Source: Lama glama
Taxonomy: Eukaryota
DNA: 64,000 nucleotides
Reading direction: 5' to 3'
Assembly (NCBI GenBank): GCA_028534125.1
Contig: CM052816.1
Location: forward strand, 34,970,001 to 35,034,000
Each line of letters starts with the position of its first letter. The first letter of the stretch is position 1. The translations under genes and the position numbers were made by a program. Shown here piece after piece: positions 27,766 to 42,075 of this stretch. Below the pieces are notes generated by a model. It saw nothing but the letters and a program-made list of their open reading frames with translations. It was not told the origin of the DNA and did not search any database.

Positions 27766-29289
27766 AAGCGGGGCACCCCTCCCAGTCCTCGTCAGTGGAC
27801 CGCTGACTCCTCCTCGCGGCCAAATGCTGTCACTCCTAGTTAGAACGAGCTTTTATCATTGCAGTGTTTTAGTCACTCACAGGATTTCAGTGTTTGTTAG
27901 TACCTTCCTCAGAACACCACCTGTGTGCAACTCCATGTACCCCTGCTGTCATAACTCTCTTCACCACAACACCAGCTTAGAGTCAGTCCTCTGAAATGAG
28001 GATTGCAGTTCCATGCGGGGCCAGTCTAAAACTAATACAGAGATATCTTCAATTCACTGTAAATAACGTTTACAGCAAACTCTACTTCCTTTGGGTTGCA
28101 TTAAGTTCAACTGCATGGAAATGGTATCTTTTTGGCATACACTATGAATTACAATAAAACCTGAGGTCTGCCGGCAATAAGTGTGCACTGCATACTCCCT
28201 GCCTAATATTCTAAAGTATTAAAGGAGATAGGAAAAACAGGTATGATCTTTGGGCTGAGAAGCCAACAATCTAATTTGGGAGATAAGGCCAACACACCCC
28301 TCTGCCCCTCTCTTGTCTCCATTCTTTTCTTGATGAAGCTCAGGGTTGCCCAGCCCCGAGTCAGATACTCTGGGAGATGCGTTTAGGCTTCCTGCCTCTT
28401 CACACGTGAAAACAGCTAGAGAACAAGTCAATATGAGCCAGTGTGCTAGAGCCTGCAAGCCCCCTAGGAACTCAGAGCTGCGAAATCTAACAGGCTGCTG
28501 TGGTAGTCACAGGAGTTGTTGGAGATAGCCGTATCTCACCACGCGCAGAGCACATCACAGCACGTGGAAATGCTCCACGCAGGTCTGCCTGGTAATCTTA
28601 TTGGAAGAGTCAAAGTTCAAACGTCTGAGTGTGTATACCAAGGGGTGTCTTACAGGTCGTATATAATAAATGGGATAATGAAGGATAAAATGGGAATGAG
28701 AGCAGTTACAGGAAATCCAACACCAGCAGACAGTGGAGATGAGCATATTTGCTTTGCTGCCTGGAAAGTACAACAGTGGGCATCTTGCTCTGCAGCGATG
28801 TTTCCTCTCAAAGCAAATCCTCTGGTAAACCAGGACCGACCAGGAGGCTGCGCCAGTGTTCTCCTTTGCTGGTGCTTTACCCCAAATGTCACTTACTACT
28901 TGCAGCTGTAATTCCACAAAATCAGGACTTACTATCCCCCACATAGGAAAGGAGTTAGAGAAATAGTTGCTTCTTTCCCCACTGGGTCCTGAGCCACAAA
29001 CAACAATCAGCATTTAGGAGGAGAAAACCTCTTTTAGGCCCTGAGGTTTCCTCGTTCTGACTGATACATGGTATAAAACCAGCAGTGCAGAGGGTGGGAG
29101 ACAAATGAAGCAGACTGCATTTGCCTTATTAGAATTCTACTCTTTAGCAGAACTTAGAATCTTATTACTGTACAAGATACCTATTTTTGATAGGTACAAG
29201 CTTATTTGGGGGGCATCATATAGTGATTAAAAGTACCAATACTGAAGCATTACATCACTTACTAGCTCTTGGACCTTTTAGAAGTCTAC

Positions 29290-30357
29290 CTAAATTGTTA
29301 AAATGGCCATACTATCCAAGGCAATCTGCAGATTTAATGTGATGCCTATCAAATTACCCAGCACATTTTCACAGAACCAGAACAAATAATCCTAAAATTT
29401 ATATGTAATTACAAAAGCCCCAGAATTGCCAGAGCAATATTGAAGAAAAGGAACGAAGCTGGAGGAATAACCTTCCCAAACTTCAGACAATACTACAGTG
29501 CTACAGTCATCAAAACCAACATATGGATCAATGGAACAGAAGAGAGAGCCCAGAAAAAAGCCCACAGACTTGTGGTCAATTAATATTCAACAAAGGAGGC
29601 AAGAATATACAACGGAGAAAAGACAGTCTTTTCTGCAGGTGGTGTTGGGAAAACTGGATAGCAGCATGTAAATCAGTGAAGTTAGGACACTCCCTCACAG
29701 TGTACACAAACTCAGAATGGCTTAAAGACTTAAATATAAGACATGATAAACCTCCTAGAAGAAAACATAGGCAAAACATTCTCTGACATAAATCTTAGCA
29801 ACGTTCTCCTAGGGCAGTCTACCCAGGCAATAGAAGTAAGAGCAAAAATAATAAACAAATGAGAACTAATTAAATTTATAAGCTTTTGCACAGCAAAGGA
29901 AACCATAAGCAAAACAAAAAGACAACCTACAGAATGGGAGAAAATATTTGCAAATGATGCGACTGACAAAGGCTTAATTTCCAGAATATATAAACAGCTC
30001 ATATAACTTAAAAAAAAAAACCCCAAATGGGCATACAACCTAAATATGGAATTCTCCAGTGAAAACAACAAAAAAAGGACACCATGAACTACATACAGAA
30101 ACAGACTCGCAGACATAGTAAACAATCTTATGGTTACTGGGAAAAGGGGGTGGGAAGGGATAAATTGGAAGTTTGAGATTTGCAAATATTAGCCATTATA
30201 AATAAAAATAGGTTAAAAAACAAGTTTCTTCTGTATAGCACAAGGAACTATATTCAATATCTTGTAATAACGTTTAATGAAAAAGAATATGAAATGACTG
30301 GGACATTGTGCTGTATACCAGAAGTTGACCAGGAACTGACTGTACTTCAGTTAAAAA
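29290..30357 (+). mobile_element. Younger 5'-truncated L1 with an internal deletion, inserted into a MIR (halves at ~29215-29290 and ~30360-30460)
   Basis: ORF 29523-29786 ([10 protein letters not shown]...[12 protein letters not shown]) is L1 ORF2p. Its 3' UTR matches the copies at 12623-13385 and 51369-51738. Confidence 0.88.
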
Positions 30358-30639
30358 ATTTTTTTACCTCCTCTTAGCCTCATAATAGTACCTACCTAAG
30401 GTTGTAGTGAAAATTAAATAAAATACATAAATTGTTTAGCCCAGTAATTGGAAAATAGCCACATGCAGATATAAAACTGCGTATTTATCAAAGTATAGCT
30501 TTCATTTTAGCCACAGAAACCATGTGTTGGAAAATCACTGCCCTCTCCCTCCTTCTGCTTAGAATAACTGTTTGAGGATTTTCTATGAGAATATAGAGCC
30601 ATTCAACTCAGTTCTAACAACAACAATTTATATAGAATA

Positions 30640-30858
30640 GTGCCTGACATGTGGGACATACTAAGGTCTTTTCGTATATTAAGTCACTTAGTTTTTCTAA
30701 TTACTGTATTGATGATCTTCATTTTCATACACGATGAACCTGAAGCCTAGACAGTGAGGTGACTTGCCTGAGGCTGCACAGCCAGTTGCGGGGGAAGCGG
30801 GAATCCCAGCAGCCCAATCCCGAATCTGCAATTTTAGCTCCCTGTTCTAACGCCTCTC
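30640..30858 (-). mobile_element. MIR SINE
   Basis: cattttcatacacgatgaacctgaagcctagacagtgaggtgacttgcctgaggctgcacagccag matches the MIR core. Confidence 0.75.
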
Positions 30859-33800
30859 AACACATCCTGTAAACCTCTTTCAGAATTTAAATCCAATTAC
30901 GTACCAATTAATCCCCGGCCAATGGCTACAACTTCTGAATTTTAAACAAAAGAAGAAATAAAGTTGGTTACCTTTAAGGAAGGAAGTAACATTTCAAACT
31001 CTCTGCCCTCTCAAAAGGGAAAAAACCAAACTGTCTAGATAGTAAGCACGTGAAAAGATTTGTTTTCTGAAAAAGCCGAATGTCACCAACTGCTTTAAAA
31101 CAATATACATGAGTGTTTTCAAAGGAGAGTAAGATTGCCTGTTTCTTGTTGCAAAAAACAAAAACAAACCACCCAAACCCCAAAACACTTTGGTATACAA
31201 CAACAAACAGAACCAGAAACTGTCTCAGAGAACACACCAGGAAACAAAGGCTGGGCAAGAGGGGAAGTCTGGCTTAGGCAACAGACCTGGCACCTAATCA
31301 ATTATTTCATCCTGGATGATACCAGAACCACGTTTAGCTGACAGTGATAGGATCACAGATCCTTCTGCAGATCACATGTGACTCATTTCCACTGGAGAAC
31401 CTGCCTTATCTTACCTGTGAGTAAAATCCACATAAGTGTGAACATCTCTCTACAGCCCTCATTTTCAAGCGCCCTGTTTCCTCTCCGCCTCTCTTCCCTT
31501 CGGAACCTCCTCCCTCACCCTCATACCTCTCCCTTCGTCAGCTCCAAGCCCATTGTTAATGGGGCGCTTATTCCTGAAAGAACAGGCCCCCAAAGGAAGC
31601 CCCAGCTGCAAAATCTTGAACTGTGCTTTCTCTGTTCCTTTGAAAAATTGTCGAGTGTCACAGGCTTCCGGGAGGTCGAGAGGGAAGTGCTGCTTCTGGG
31701 CATGCAGTAGCAGCCCAGGTGTGCAGGGTGGGTCACAGTGTAGTTTATGCTTTTCCACTCAGGGCCGGTCCAGTGCCCTGGCGTATACACGGTGACAGCC
31801 CAAGTGCTCCCTGTTCCTGAAACCCCTCTCCTGTGCCTGCCAGGCACTTAGGATCCTCAGTGTCAGAGTCTCTACATTCACTTAAAGCCACGGCTCAAAT
31901 GCAAATGTGTTACCTGTGGGGAAGAAGGCACTTACTACCCTTTGTTCACAATTTGGCATAAATTGTTTCAATAGATAACTGAATAGACATCATACAAAAT
32001 CTTTAGAAAATGGGATGATGGGGCAGAAACGTTCTGATACTGAGAAAAAAAGAAGAGGCAGGGGAAACTGAACAGCACAGGGAATCAGCTGAGGAGAGCT
32101 GGCCCGGGCCGGGGAGGGCGTGCAGCAGGCCCCTACAGTAAAGTCCATCTGCGCGCTGGGTGAGTATTTAAGAGTGTGATGAGGCACAGGGTGGGGGCTA
32201 AATGCAGTCACGGCTTCTGAAAAACTGTCTAGGCCTAGCTCCAGTGTGTTTGTTCTAAACCAGGTTACTGTCTCCTTAACAGCGGAGGACGCTCACCAGT
32301 GGAGACTCACTGCCTCAACAGCTGCACCTGTTTATGCTGGAGCTGAGCTGTATCTGCTGTATTACACACACGTTACACAGCTCCCCTGGGCTGCGTCTGT
32401 GCAGAAACAGAAGCCTTCGGTGATCTCCTATCATGAGGCTGCTGCACCAGACAACACAGCCCTTGCCTGACTTGCCTGACATGCCTGTCGCAGCTGACTG
32501 CATGGGAACCACCGATGGGAGCTACCGGAAGTCATCTGCCTTCACTGACAAATGGACATGCTTGGCACATACCGGAGCGCTTGCTTCATTGGGCTTTTCC
32601 ACCTCCTCTCCTTGGGTAACTTCTCTGTAAGAGATTTCCAGCTGTACACGCACAAGTGCGAACTCCACGTAGTCTTTTATTTAGCTTATAAATCAAATTT
32701 AACTAAGGAAAGGGAACTCATCTAAATACAGATAATGAAAAAAAATTCACAACCAAACACAGAGCGATAACACTTGCTTCAGCACTAAATTTACCTGAAA
32801 AACTCAAGGGGAACATTCTTTGTACTCAACTACTATAATTAATCTGGGTGGCTTATAGTTTTATAAATGGGTGCTCTATTTGCATAGTCGGATATAAATA
32901 TCTCTCATTCACCATTTACTGCTGTCACCTTTGGCCACACTGTGAAATGAGATACCAGAACTCTAGACACTACATTTCTGGGTACAAATTTTAAATAAAT
33001 ATTGATCTAACGATGAACCTATTAATAAATAAAGAGTCTAGTCTAGATGAACTGGGCCGTGGCAGGAGGTGAGGGGCGGAATTAAAAAACGCTGATGGAA
33101 AGTAAACGTTTAAATCCCTTTAGTTCACAGAAATATACCAAATCCCAACAGGTAATTCAACAACAAAACTGAGCTGTCTTAAGCTTGCACGTTAAAGGCC
33201 AGTAGCTGTCTGAGGCTGCTATAAAATGCACTGCAAAGGCTTGCCTCCAAAGTTAGCCTCAGTACTAATGACAAAAGCCTCCACTCCTGAAAGAAAGATT
33301 ATAAAAATACCACCCAGTCCCATTCCTCACAGTATGAGAGGTGACAATGATAGCCACTTACCTGAGTGACTAATGAGAAAACCTGTAATGTCACATCTGG
33401 ATGCAGTAAGTTACTCTGAGTAACACACGGAAAAGTGACAAAACCACTCCTTACTGAATAGTCATCATGATAAACACCATCACTTACTGAGTGCTTTATA
33501 CATTCAGGTGCTATTTTAAATCTTTTTCACATAACTCATTGTATTGTCTGTCAATACTCAACATCACGCATACTAATCTTAACATTAAATACATTTCAGA
33601 TTCTTCCAGAAACAGTTATGCAAACATCTCCCACCGTTGGAGGTTCTGGACTAGGGGTTGGAGACCAGTCTTACCAGTGTTTTCCTTAACAATCTGTGTA
33701 AACAAGTACATCACACATCATTTTCCTGGATTTTGGCAATAAGAGCACTAGTTCTTGACTTCTTTGAGCATAAGGGTCCCTGCATAATGTCACACAATTT

Positions 33801-34349
33801 TATGATTCCTTTATACCACATCTACCCTGATGTAAGAGTTGTCTATTATATAATGGCTGACAGAGAAAATGAAACAACTTTGTATTTCATTAATTGCAAC
33901 AGTAAAATAGTACTGCAGATAGATATATGCAAGTACATTATTCTGCCTCAAATGAGGCTTGATGCACACTTGGAACACTGGCAAGAACTTGGGGGAGTCA
34001 GTGGTACAGGGTCCACCAGCTGGTAGCCAGCATACAGTCCTTTCAGCTCTAACTTCTGTAAGCTCTAGGTTAAAGGCATTGTCTTCCTGTTAACTGGCTG
34101 GATGAATCCAGCCACACAGTGACGCTAGATGATCCTGGTGAAGAGTTTTCCACCTTTCCGTTGTAAGAGTGAATGCCAGCCACCAATGGAGGTGAAACTG
34201 GGAGGGTAAGTTACAAGAGTGCCACTCCCCATGGCCAACAGTCCTACCCAGCCCAGGGCACAATGCAGGCTTCCTCTCACTTGTCTCTGGTGGATAACTG
34301 TGCGCTGTGACCAAGAAAACACACTTCTCAGCCTGTAATAACTGTAACC

Positions 34350-34565
34350 ATTTTATTTAGCACCTTGTATGTGTCAGGCTTGAGACTAGGAGCTTCACTT
34401 ATTATCCCTAACCTCTGTTTAAAGTGTAGGGACCTCTATTATACCAATAAAGAAACTGAGGCTCAGAGATTAAATAACTTGCTCAAGAAAAATAGCTGAT
34501 AAGTGGTTGAGTATGGAATCTGTTTTGCTCCAAAGCCTATGTGTTTTCAGTATGCTACAATGTTG
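34350..34565 (-). mobile_element. MIR SINE
   Basis: aagaaactgaggctcagagattaaataacttgctcaag matches the MIR core. Confidence 0.8.
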
Positions 34566-37084
34566 AGTATTCTTTTAGTTCCTTTGAAATATTGTTCATT
34601 CTTATCTTGACAAAATGTATCCTCTGCAATCCCTGAGTAGATAGGTTTCTGTCACTTTGTTCTTGAGACCCGATTTCTTTACCATTTAAGTTTGATGAAA
34701 TAGAGCCCATGCTCAGTGCTTAGGCCCTAGAATACAGAATATACTGAGAGGACTAAAGTATACAGTACTTTTTCTATTCTGTTTTCTATTTTATTTTCTC
34801 TTCTGTGTAAAGGCACATAACAATTCCCCCAAAACCATTTGTTATTGTTTATACTTTCACTATGTGATATACATACTCACAGTGGCACCTAATTTAAGAC
34901 ATAAAAGGCACATAAAGGAGAGAGCACAACTGTGTAATCTGAGATGCACAAGGTGCCACAATGAACTTCAAGATCATTTAAATTTTTACAGTCTGTAGAA
35001 TGTTCAGTTACCAATGAACAAACACCCCAGTTATGGTGGAATGCGCCTAGATGTGGATACTGAATGATCCACAGATGCTTAACTCTTTGCAGGATTATCC
35101 TCTCTGTGCAAGGAACAGACTGCACTTTGCTGGGAGGCTTAGTGATGGACTATGTCCCCCGAATGCCCTGTGCCCCCTCCCCCTGCCATTTCTCCCAGCC
35201 AGCCAGAGCCACAGGGCCAGTTGGGCCAGTTGCACTTCTGCCTCTGGTTTGGTGATGCTTAATAGACTCTTAGGTCACACTCTTAGCCAAGTGGGAAGAC
35301 AGCCGCATCTGGCAATAATAACACAGCAAGTGTCTTTAGAACAGTTTGAGCCCCTGTGTACTGAGGGGAAATGTCCAATCACATTTACTATGGCACCAGC
35401 ATCCTGCTAATGGAAAACACTTCTCAGTATTTATAGGAATTCAAGACAAGTAATGACTTTTTCTTTCATGTATCTGAACAGTTCTTTCCTTGCCTCTCAT
35501 TTACATTCTTTTAAAATGAAATTTTCATTATTCCCATTTCAATTTCTAATGTTGTTTTCTAGGTTTATGAAGTGATATCCCAGGAGACTTTATTATAAAT
35601 TTCCCTTCAGTCCTCTGATTGCTTTCAGTATATAAAATCCAAATAGCAGAGCCAAAGTTATGAGTAAGGTCTATTTTATAATAATTCATTTTTATCTGGA
35701 AACAAAGATCTGAAATTCAATTTCTTTTGTGTCTCTCTGTATTTTCTTTCCATAGTCAGGAGAGCTTGCTTTATCTTCGCTCATTTTTAATTCTATATTA
35801 TGTTTGATAAGACTATTTTTGTGGTATAATGTTAAGACTTGATTTCATATATGTAACCATATTTCTCTTCTTGAACTTCTAGAAAAGTTTTTAAAAATAT
35901 TCACCAAATGTCCTTCTATGATTAGTTATTATTCATTCTGTGATTCTTTGATGTAATCCACACAAAAGCTGCATTTTGCATTCATGAAGGATTACATGTC
36001 TGAGCAAATATTAACTTTGCATACACATGTGCTTTTAGTCTCTTAATGAAATTTGCATTTACTAACTTGCAGACCGCAGTCACATAAAATAAAAGCGTCT
36101 GAAAAGACTCAAAGTGGACAAAATAATAATTTATATTAATGTAAAGCCTGTCATGCCTAAAGGAGTCCACATATTTTTGCTAATTATGGTCCTTGCCAAA
36201 CTACCCGAGGAAAACGAGAGCTGCTTAACAACATTCAGCACAGTGTACAGCGATGGGGGCAAATCCAAGTGGCTATCACAGTGTCTTGGTGAAATCACAT
36301 GCGGAATAATTACCTATGTGGAAACTTAACTAGCATATAGGATTTTTAAATTCCATGAAATACCAAATTGTTACTTTAAAGCCATCCACTGGTTCTTAGC
36401 TGATACCAGGTTAACAGTTGGGTTTATTAGAATATTCGAAGTATTTTTAAAGCAAAGAAATTAAGGGCTATATTTGCAAACAGACTTTCCTTATTAAAAT
36501 CTTGTTATTTTGGCACAAATGGCCATTAATCTCACATGAAATGCATGTCACAAGACAATATATATCTTAGACGACGAGGCCCAACATGTTTGATAACAAT
36601 GATGGTAGAGAAAAGAGAGGAAGTCATTTCTGGTTATTTGATCTGGGAACCAATAAAGGAAACACTATTAGGTCTCTATTACACAGATGAGTTTCTATGT
36701 TCTAAGAACCCAGCATTCTATGGTTACTGCTCAATATACACAAAAACCCATACTACTTTATAGCAATACTTCTAATTTACTTTACACTTTGTAAAGTGCT
36801 ATTCCATTAATCTTATCATTAGAATCTAGCTACTAAAAGCACACAAAACAGGACAGCCATACATGTCTTTCTATGTACATATCAACCAATCAGTCCACCA
36901 CTGGTTCAACTTTTCCTTATTAAGTCTTTCATAGATACCAAGTCCTCTGCTATGTGCTGCAGATAAAGGTAACCTAATTCCTTCCTTTAAAGAGTTCAAT
37001 TTTTCAAGAAGAAATAGCTATGTGAGCACATAAGGTAAAGTATTGGAAATTACAAATTTGAAAATGAGGAATGGGCTCTTAGAG

Positions 37085-37525
37085 ACAGATAAGGTATGAA
37101 AAACATGGCCACAATGTTTGTACTTCTCCATCCCTTGTGTTTAGGCTAACCTGTGACTTTGACAAGTAGGTGTGGCACAAGTCATATTCTGAAGTTCTGG
37201 AGTGTAGCCTCAAGAGGCCTTGAAGCACCTGCTTTGTCTTCCTGGAACACTCTTGATGCCATGTGAAAAAGCCTGGGAGGGGAACCATGTAAAGAGTGAG
37301 GCCCAGCCTCGTGAGTGAGGCTGTACCAAACCCTCCAGCCCTGGTCAAGCTTCTAGATGTCTGAAGCCACTTCAGTGACCATAGGGGCAGACAGCAGAAA
37401 ACCATTCAGCTGAGTCAGGCCCAAACTGGTGACCTGAACTGATGGAACAAAAAGAAAGAAATGTTTGTTGTTTTAAGTCACTATGCTGGGGGTGGTATTT
37501 GATGGACTGATAGATCACTGGTACA
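37085..37525 (+). mobile_element. MLT1-like (MaLR) solo LTR
   Basis: gcctcaagaggccttg...gccatgtgaaaaagcctg...ttgttgttttaagtcactatg...tagatcactggtaca is a typical MLT1 3' end. Confidence 0.75.
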
Positions 37526-40500
37526 GCAGATGTATGAAGAGGATTGAGAATGACAGCTCAGCAGCAAGGGGTGTGAGAGACAAAAGGAAAATGATCACTG
37601 TTCATGGAAGGTCTGAAGCTATTACCTGCTGCTTTTTCATCCATACCTAATAGAGAACTGTTGGAGGCACCTTCCTATTGGTACAATAATTTCACCTGGC
37701 TTGGCTTCTGATCCTCAGCTTTGAACTTGTTTTCTCCATCCAACTTTTTATGGGCCCCATAGCTTTTATGGGCTGAATTTTCCCTTTCGAGCTTTTTTAC
37801 ACTAATGACTACCAGGCTGTAGCTTTTCTAGACACCACTTCTTGGGACAGCTTTGTATCTAGCAAGTGACATTCTCAGAGGGCTCGACCTGGTCCCAAGC
37901 TTCTGGACTACCACTTCTAACCTGATCTAACAAGAAAAAGAAATTTAAATTATCTGGCACACGGAAGCTAGTTAATTTAGAGGTAAACTTACACGAGATG
38001 CTTTGAGCAAATTGTGATATCAGATGAGAAGAAATCACAATAAGTGATGCAGATAACGATGACCCTGAGTCATCAACAAAGGGGAGCAATTATGGGGAAT
38101 AGTTGGTATCAGAAAGTAGGAAAATGTGATGGACAGTGTATAGTCACTTCCATCAAAGACTTAAAATTGAGACGGAGGAGGCCAAGAGAGAAAATGAAGT
38201 GATTTAATTCCCTCAAAAAGTATGTGTTTACCACTTACCATTTGCCAGGCACCGTTCTAGGCAAAACAGTGACAAGACGCACAAAAATGCATGCCCTCAT
38301 GGAACTTACATTCCCCTGGTACAAACTAGTTAAATGACACATTAGCAGATAGGACACATCTAAAAGAATGATCAAGGGCATATTTGATATGTAAAAAGGG
38401 AATTCACTGAAGAGGAAGATGTGAGCAAAAACAGCAGGAGCAAAAGCATTCGTGACACCAATCTGTCTAACTGTTGATTGATTCTGCTAAAAAAAAATGG
38501 AGGCAAAATCATAGAAGTCTTCAAGAAGCTAAGTGGAAGGGAGCAGGAGGGAGGGAGCAGGGTGACGGTAAAGATGTATTGAGGAATGTGTAAAGATCAG
38601 GTGGACGAAACACATGCTAACAAACAAAAGAGGTGTGGCAGTACGGCCCTCAGAGAGCAGAACTGAGAGAAGAGCGTCTGTGAGGATAAAAAACATTTCT
38701 AAAAAGGAGGATTCAGCAAAAAGGCGTATGTTAATGACACTAAATGGGAAATGCACTAAACAGTGAAAGCAACAGGGAATCTAGACGTATAGTAAAGGGC
38801 GAAAACAAAAGCAGCACAATTCAATACAGACACGGACGGGAGTTAGAAGGGGCCATGTGTAACATGTGACAGACGAAACGTCAGCAGTATCTGCAGAGAT
38901 GGAGTGAGACAGCATCAGGAGCAAATACCAAACAGGGGCCAGAGGACCTGCTTTTCAAGCAAACAGCAACTTAAACACTAGCAAAGCAGAATGGAGGCCA
39001 CCTTTGAGTATTTTAATAATACTATCACTAATGGAAGGGAGGCCATTCAAATTCAACCCATGTGGAAACAGAGTAATTACGGAATCCCACACTAGACCAG
39101 TGTGTGGTCTGATTATTAAACAGGCAGTGATGTCATTTTGTGTAGAAGCTGTGCCTGCTTTACTGCTCGGCTTATTTGAAGGAAGGCTGCTTGGGGCCTG
39201 TGGGAACACCTTCCTGGGAGCAAATCTCTCTTTGAGAAAGAATGGGCAAATCTGCTACCAGGCCTTTCCAGCTGTAATCTCAGTACCAATTTTTTTTTTT
39301 TAAAGCTAACTAGCTTAGGTTTTCTGCAATTTAGTTATTTTGGTGACTGACTCTCTTAAAAAAATAATAGGCAGAACAACCATGGTACAGATAAGGAATT
39401 GGTTTTATTTTCTGAATGCTTCTATAATCCATTATGTTAGCTATAGAACAGGCACGCAAATCTCATCAAATTGCCATGTGCTAAACAATGAAGTTACTGT
39501 CTAAAATCATCAGGTACCCAAACTATTCTATGAAGGTTTTTTCTTTTATCATATTCTGGATCATATTTATGTCAGGTTATCAAAGAATATACTAAGTAGC
39601 AGTAATGTTTAAAAATGAGTATTTTCTTTAAAATTGAATTCAATGTACTAAAAGTAATGTTCTTTTTTTCTGATTGTAGTGGAAGAGAACATGCTTATTT
39701 TTATACCAACATTCAAAATTTTTTTCTGTAAAATTTGCCTTACCAAAGTTCTCTCCAACAATAACAAAGAATTCCACTCATGCTGAACTAATAATGGTTC
39801 AAGAAGATGATTTATGAGAAAGAAGTCTTCCTCTTCCAAAGGATATGTGTCAGAGAGATAAAGCCTCAACTCAAAGGATCATTACTTAAAAACTCAAAAG
39901 CATCTATTGGCTTTAATAAACTGTCAAGAATGTACAAGAGAGTGACAGTTAATGTATAACTACACATTTTAGTTGATAATGTCATTAAGAAAAATAAGAC
40001 AGTACTGGAGAAAGTTGGTCTAAATTATTTAGCAGATGACATAGCAGAACTTCTGTCCATAGGAATTTTTAGTATTTTAGCATATAGGGACTCGATAGCA
40101 CCTCTTTTCTGGCAATGTTAAAGAAAGGGTCAGATCATTGAGTCAGCAGACATTTCCTGGGCACCAAATATGTAGCAAGCACTGTACTGTGCAGTTTTAA
40201 AAAAGATCAGGTTCTGTCCTTAGGAAGTTTATCCAGTGGTAGTAACATGCGATCTTACAGGAGAGAGAGTCGAGGTCTACAGATGGCATGATGGGCAGAA
40301 GAGGAAGAGGGGAAAGATGCTCAGAAACGCTTCCAGTTTGAAGAGAGCCTTGCTAAATGATTACATATTTGCTAGGGCAACGATCCAGACATGGAAACTA
40401 TATCAGACACCACCTAGGGGAAAAACTTCTCAATCTTCTCCTTACACAGAGGGTTGACTAAATAGCTCTGACTGCTGTCACATTAACACAGTGGAATTTT

Positions 40501-40929
40501 CTGAACTTTGCGCTAAGTTCTAGCTGACTTTAAATATTTGTTGTTGAAAAATTTAAAAGGGTTGTTTTGAGCCCTACACATGTCTGAACTTTCAGAGATT
40601 TCACCAGGCCAAAAAAAAAAAAAAAAACACTGACATTTTTTTCTAAAGGATGGCATGAAATAGGTGTGTACAGGACACCTAAGGAAATATTCTTAGAAAT
40701 GTTACTGAAAAGAAAAAGGGAAAGGCAGACAATTAAAAGGGGATTTCCAATGTATTTTGACCTCCAGGAAGAAAGGGGACAGGACTGGAACTGGGGGTCC
40801 CCAGAAAAGGCAACAGGATATATTCTGATCAGAAGTTGTGCAAAGCCAGATACGGACAGATAAAGAAGTAAAGACCAAATGGGAAGAGTGACAGAGCCTC
40901 AAGTCAGTGCGGACAAGAGGCAGGCGCGG

Positions 40930-42075
40930 TGCAGGTCTTAAACCTGAAAGCAAGAGCTAACCGATAAAACTTTTAGAAAGAAAAACACAGGAGAAAATCT
41001 TTGGAACCTTGGTTACAAGGGAGTTCTTAGATATGCTACCAAAAGCATGATTCATAAAAGGGGAAATTGATGAACTGGATTTCATTCAAAACAGAAACTT
41101 CTTTGGAAAGAAAAACAAGGAAAGGACATGCCACAGTTTGAGAGAAAAAAATTGTAAAATTTTTATCTGATAAAGGACTTGAATCCAAAAAAAAAAAAGT
41201 AGCAAATGCTTACAACTCAAGAACAAGACAAAAGCCTAACTGAAAAAAAAAAAAGGGCAAGAGATTTGAAGAGACAGTGCACAAAAGAAGACATAAGGAT
41301 GGCAAATAAGCACATAAAAAGAAGCTCAATATCATTAGTCATTTGGAAAATAAAATAACAATTAAGCCCATAATGAGAGAGCACTACACTCCCATCAGAA
41401 AAACTGGGGAAAAAGACTGACAGTAACAAGAGTTACTAAGTGTGGGAAGAAAATGCCGCTCTCATACACAGTGGTGGACATGCAAGGAACAGAATTTGGA
41501 ATACAACTGGTAGTTTCTTATAAAGTTAAACGGAATTTCTTCCATGCAACCCAGCCATTCAACTTCTAGACATTTATCCAAGAAAAGAATATATATATTC
41601 AGACAAAGACTTATCTATGAATATTCATAGAAACTTTGTTTATAATAGCCCCCAAATAGAAATAATCCATGTGTCCCTCCAACTGGTGATTGGAAAAATA
41701 AACTGTAGTATAAAGTGGGATACTACTCAGAACTTAAAAGGCAAAAACTATATGCAACAACATGGATGGATCTCAAAGGCATTATGTTTTTAGAGAAAAT
41801 AGCAGGAACAGAACACTAGTATACACTGAATGGTTCCATGTAACTGAAATTTTAGAAGAGGCTCAACTATAGGAACAGAAACAGATTAGCGGTTCCCAGG
41901 GCCAGGGGTAGGAGAAGGGGACAGACTACAAAGTGGTACAGGGAGCTTTCTGGGTGATGGGGTGTAGTGCTGGTGACATGACTGTGCACATGGGGTAAAA
42001 CTCATCCAACTGTGTCCTTAAAATTGGTGCATTTTCTTGTATTTAAAGTTTATCACACTGAAGATAATTAAAAAT
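40930..42075 (+). mobile_element. Ancient L1 3' portion (L1MC/L1MD-like)
   Basis: ORF2 3' motifs (aaaagaagacataaggatggcaaataagcacataaaaaga) followed by a 3' UTR (caacatggatggatctcaaaggcattatg...). Confidence 0.8.

Noticed and set aside
28555..29013. Longest ORF in the track (152 aa, minus) and overlapping ORFs at 28516-28946
   Set aside because: No recognisable domain, a non-ATG start, and ORFs overlapping on both strands inside an intron; consistent with chance.
29730..30185. 151-aa hydrophobic minus-strand ORF
   Set aside because: It is the antisense frame of an L1 fragment, a common artefact.
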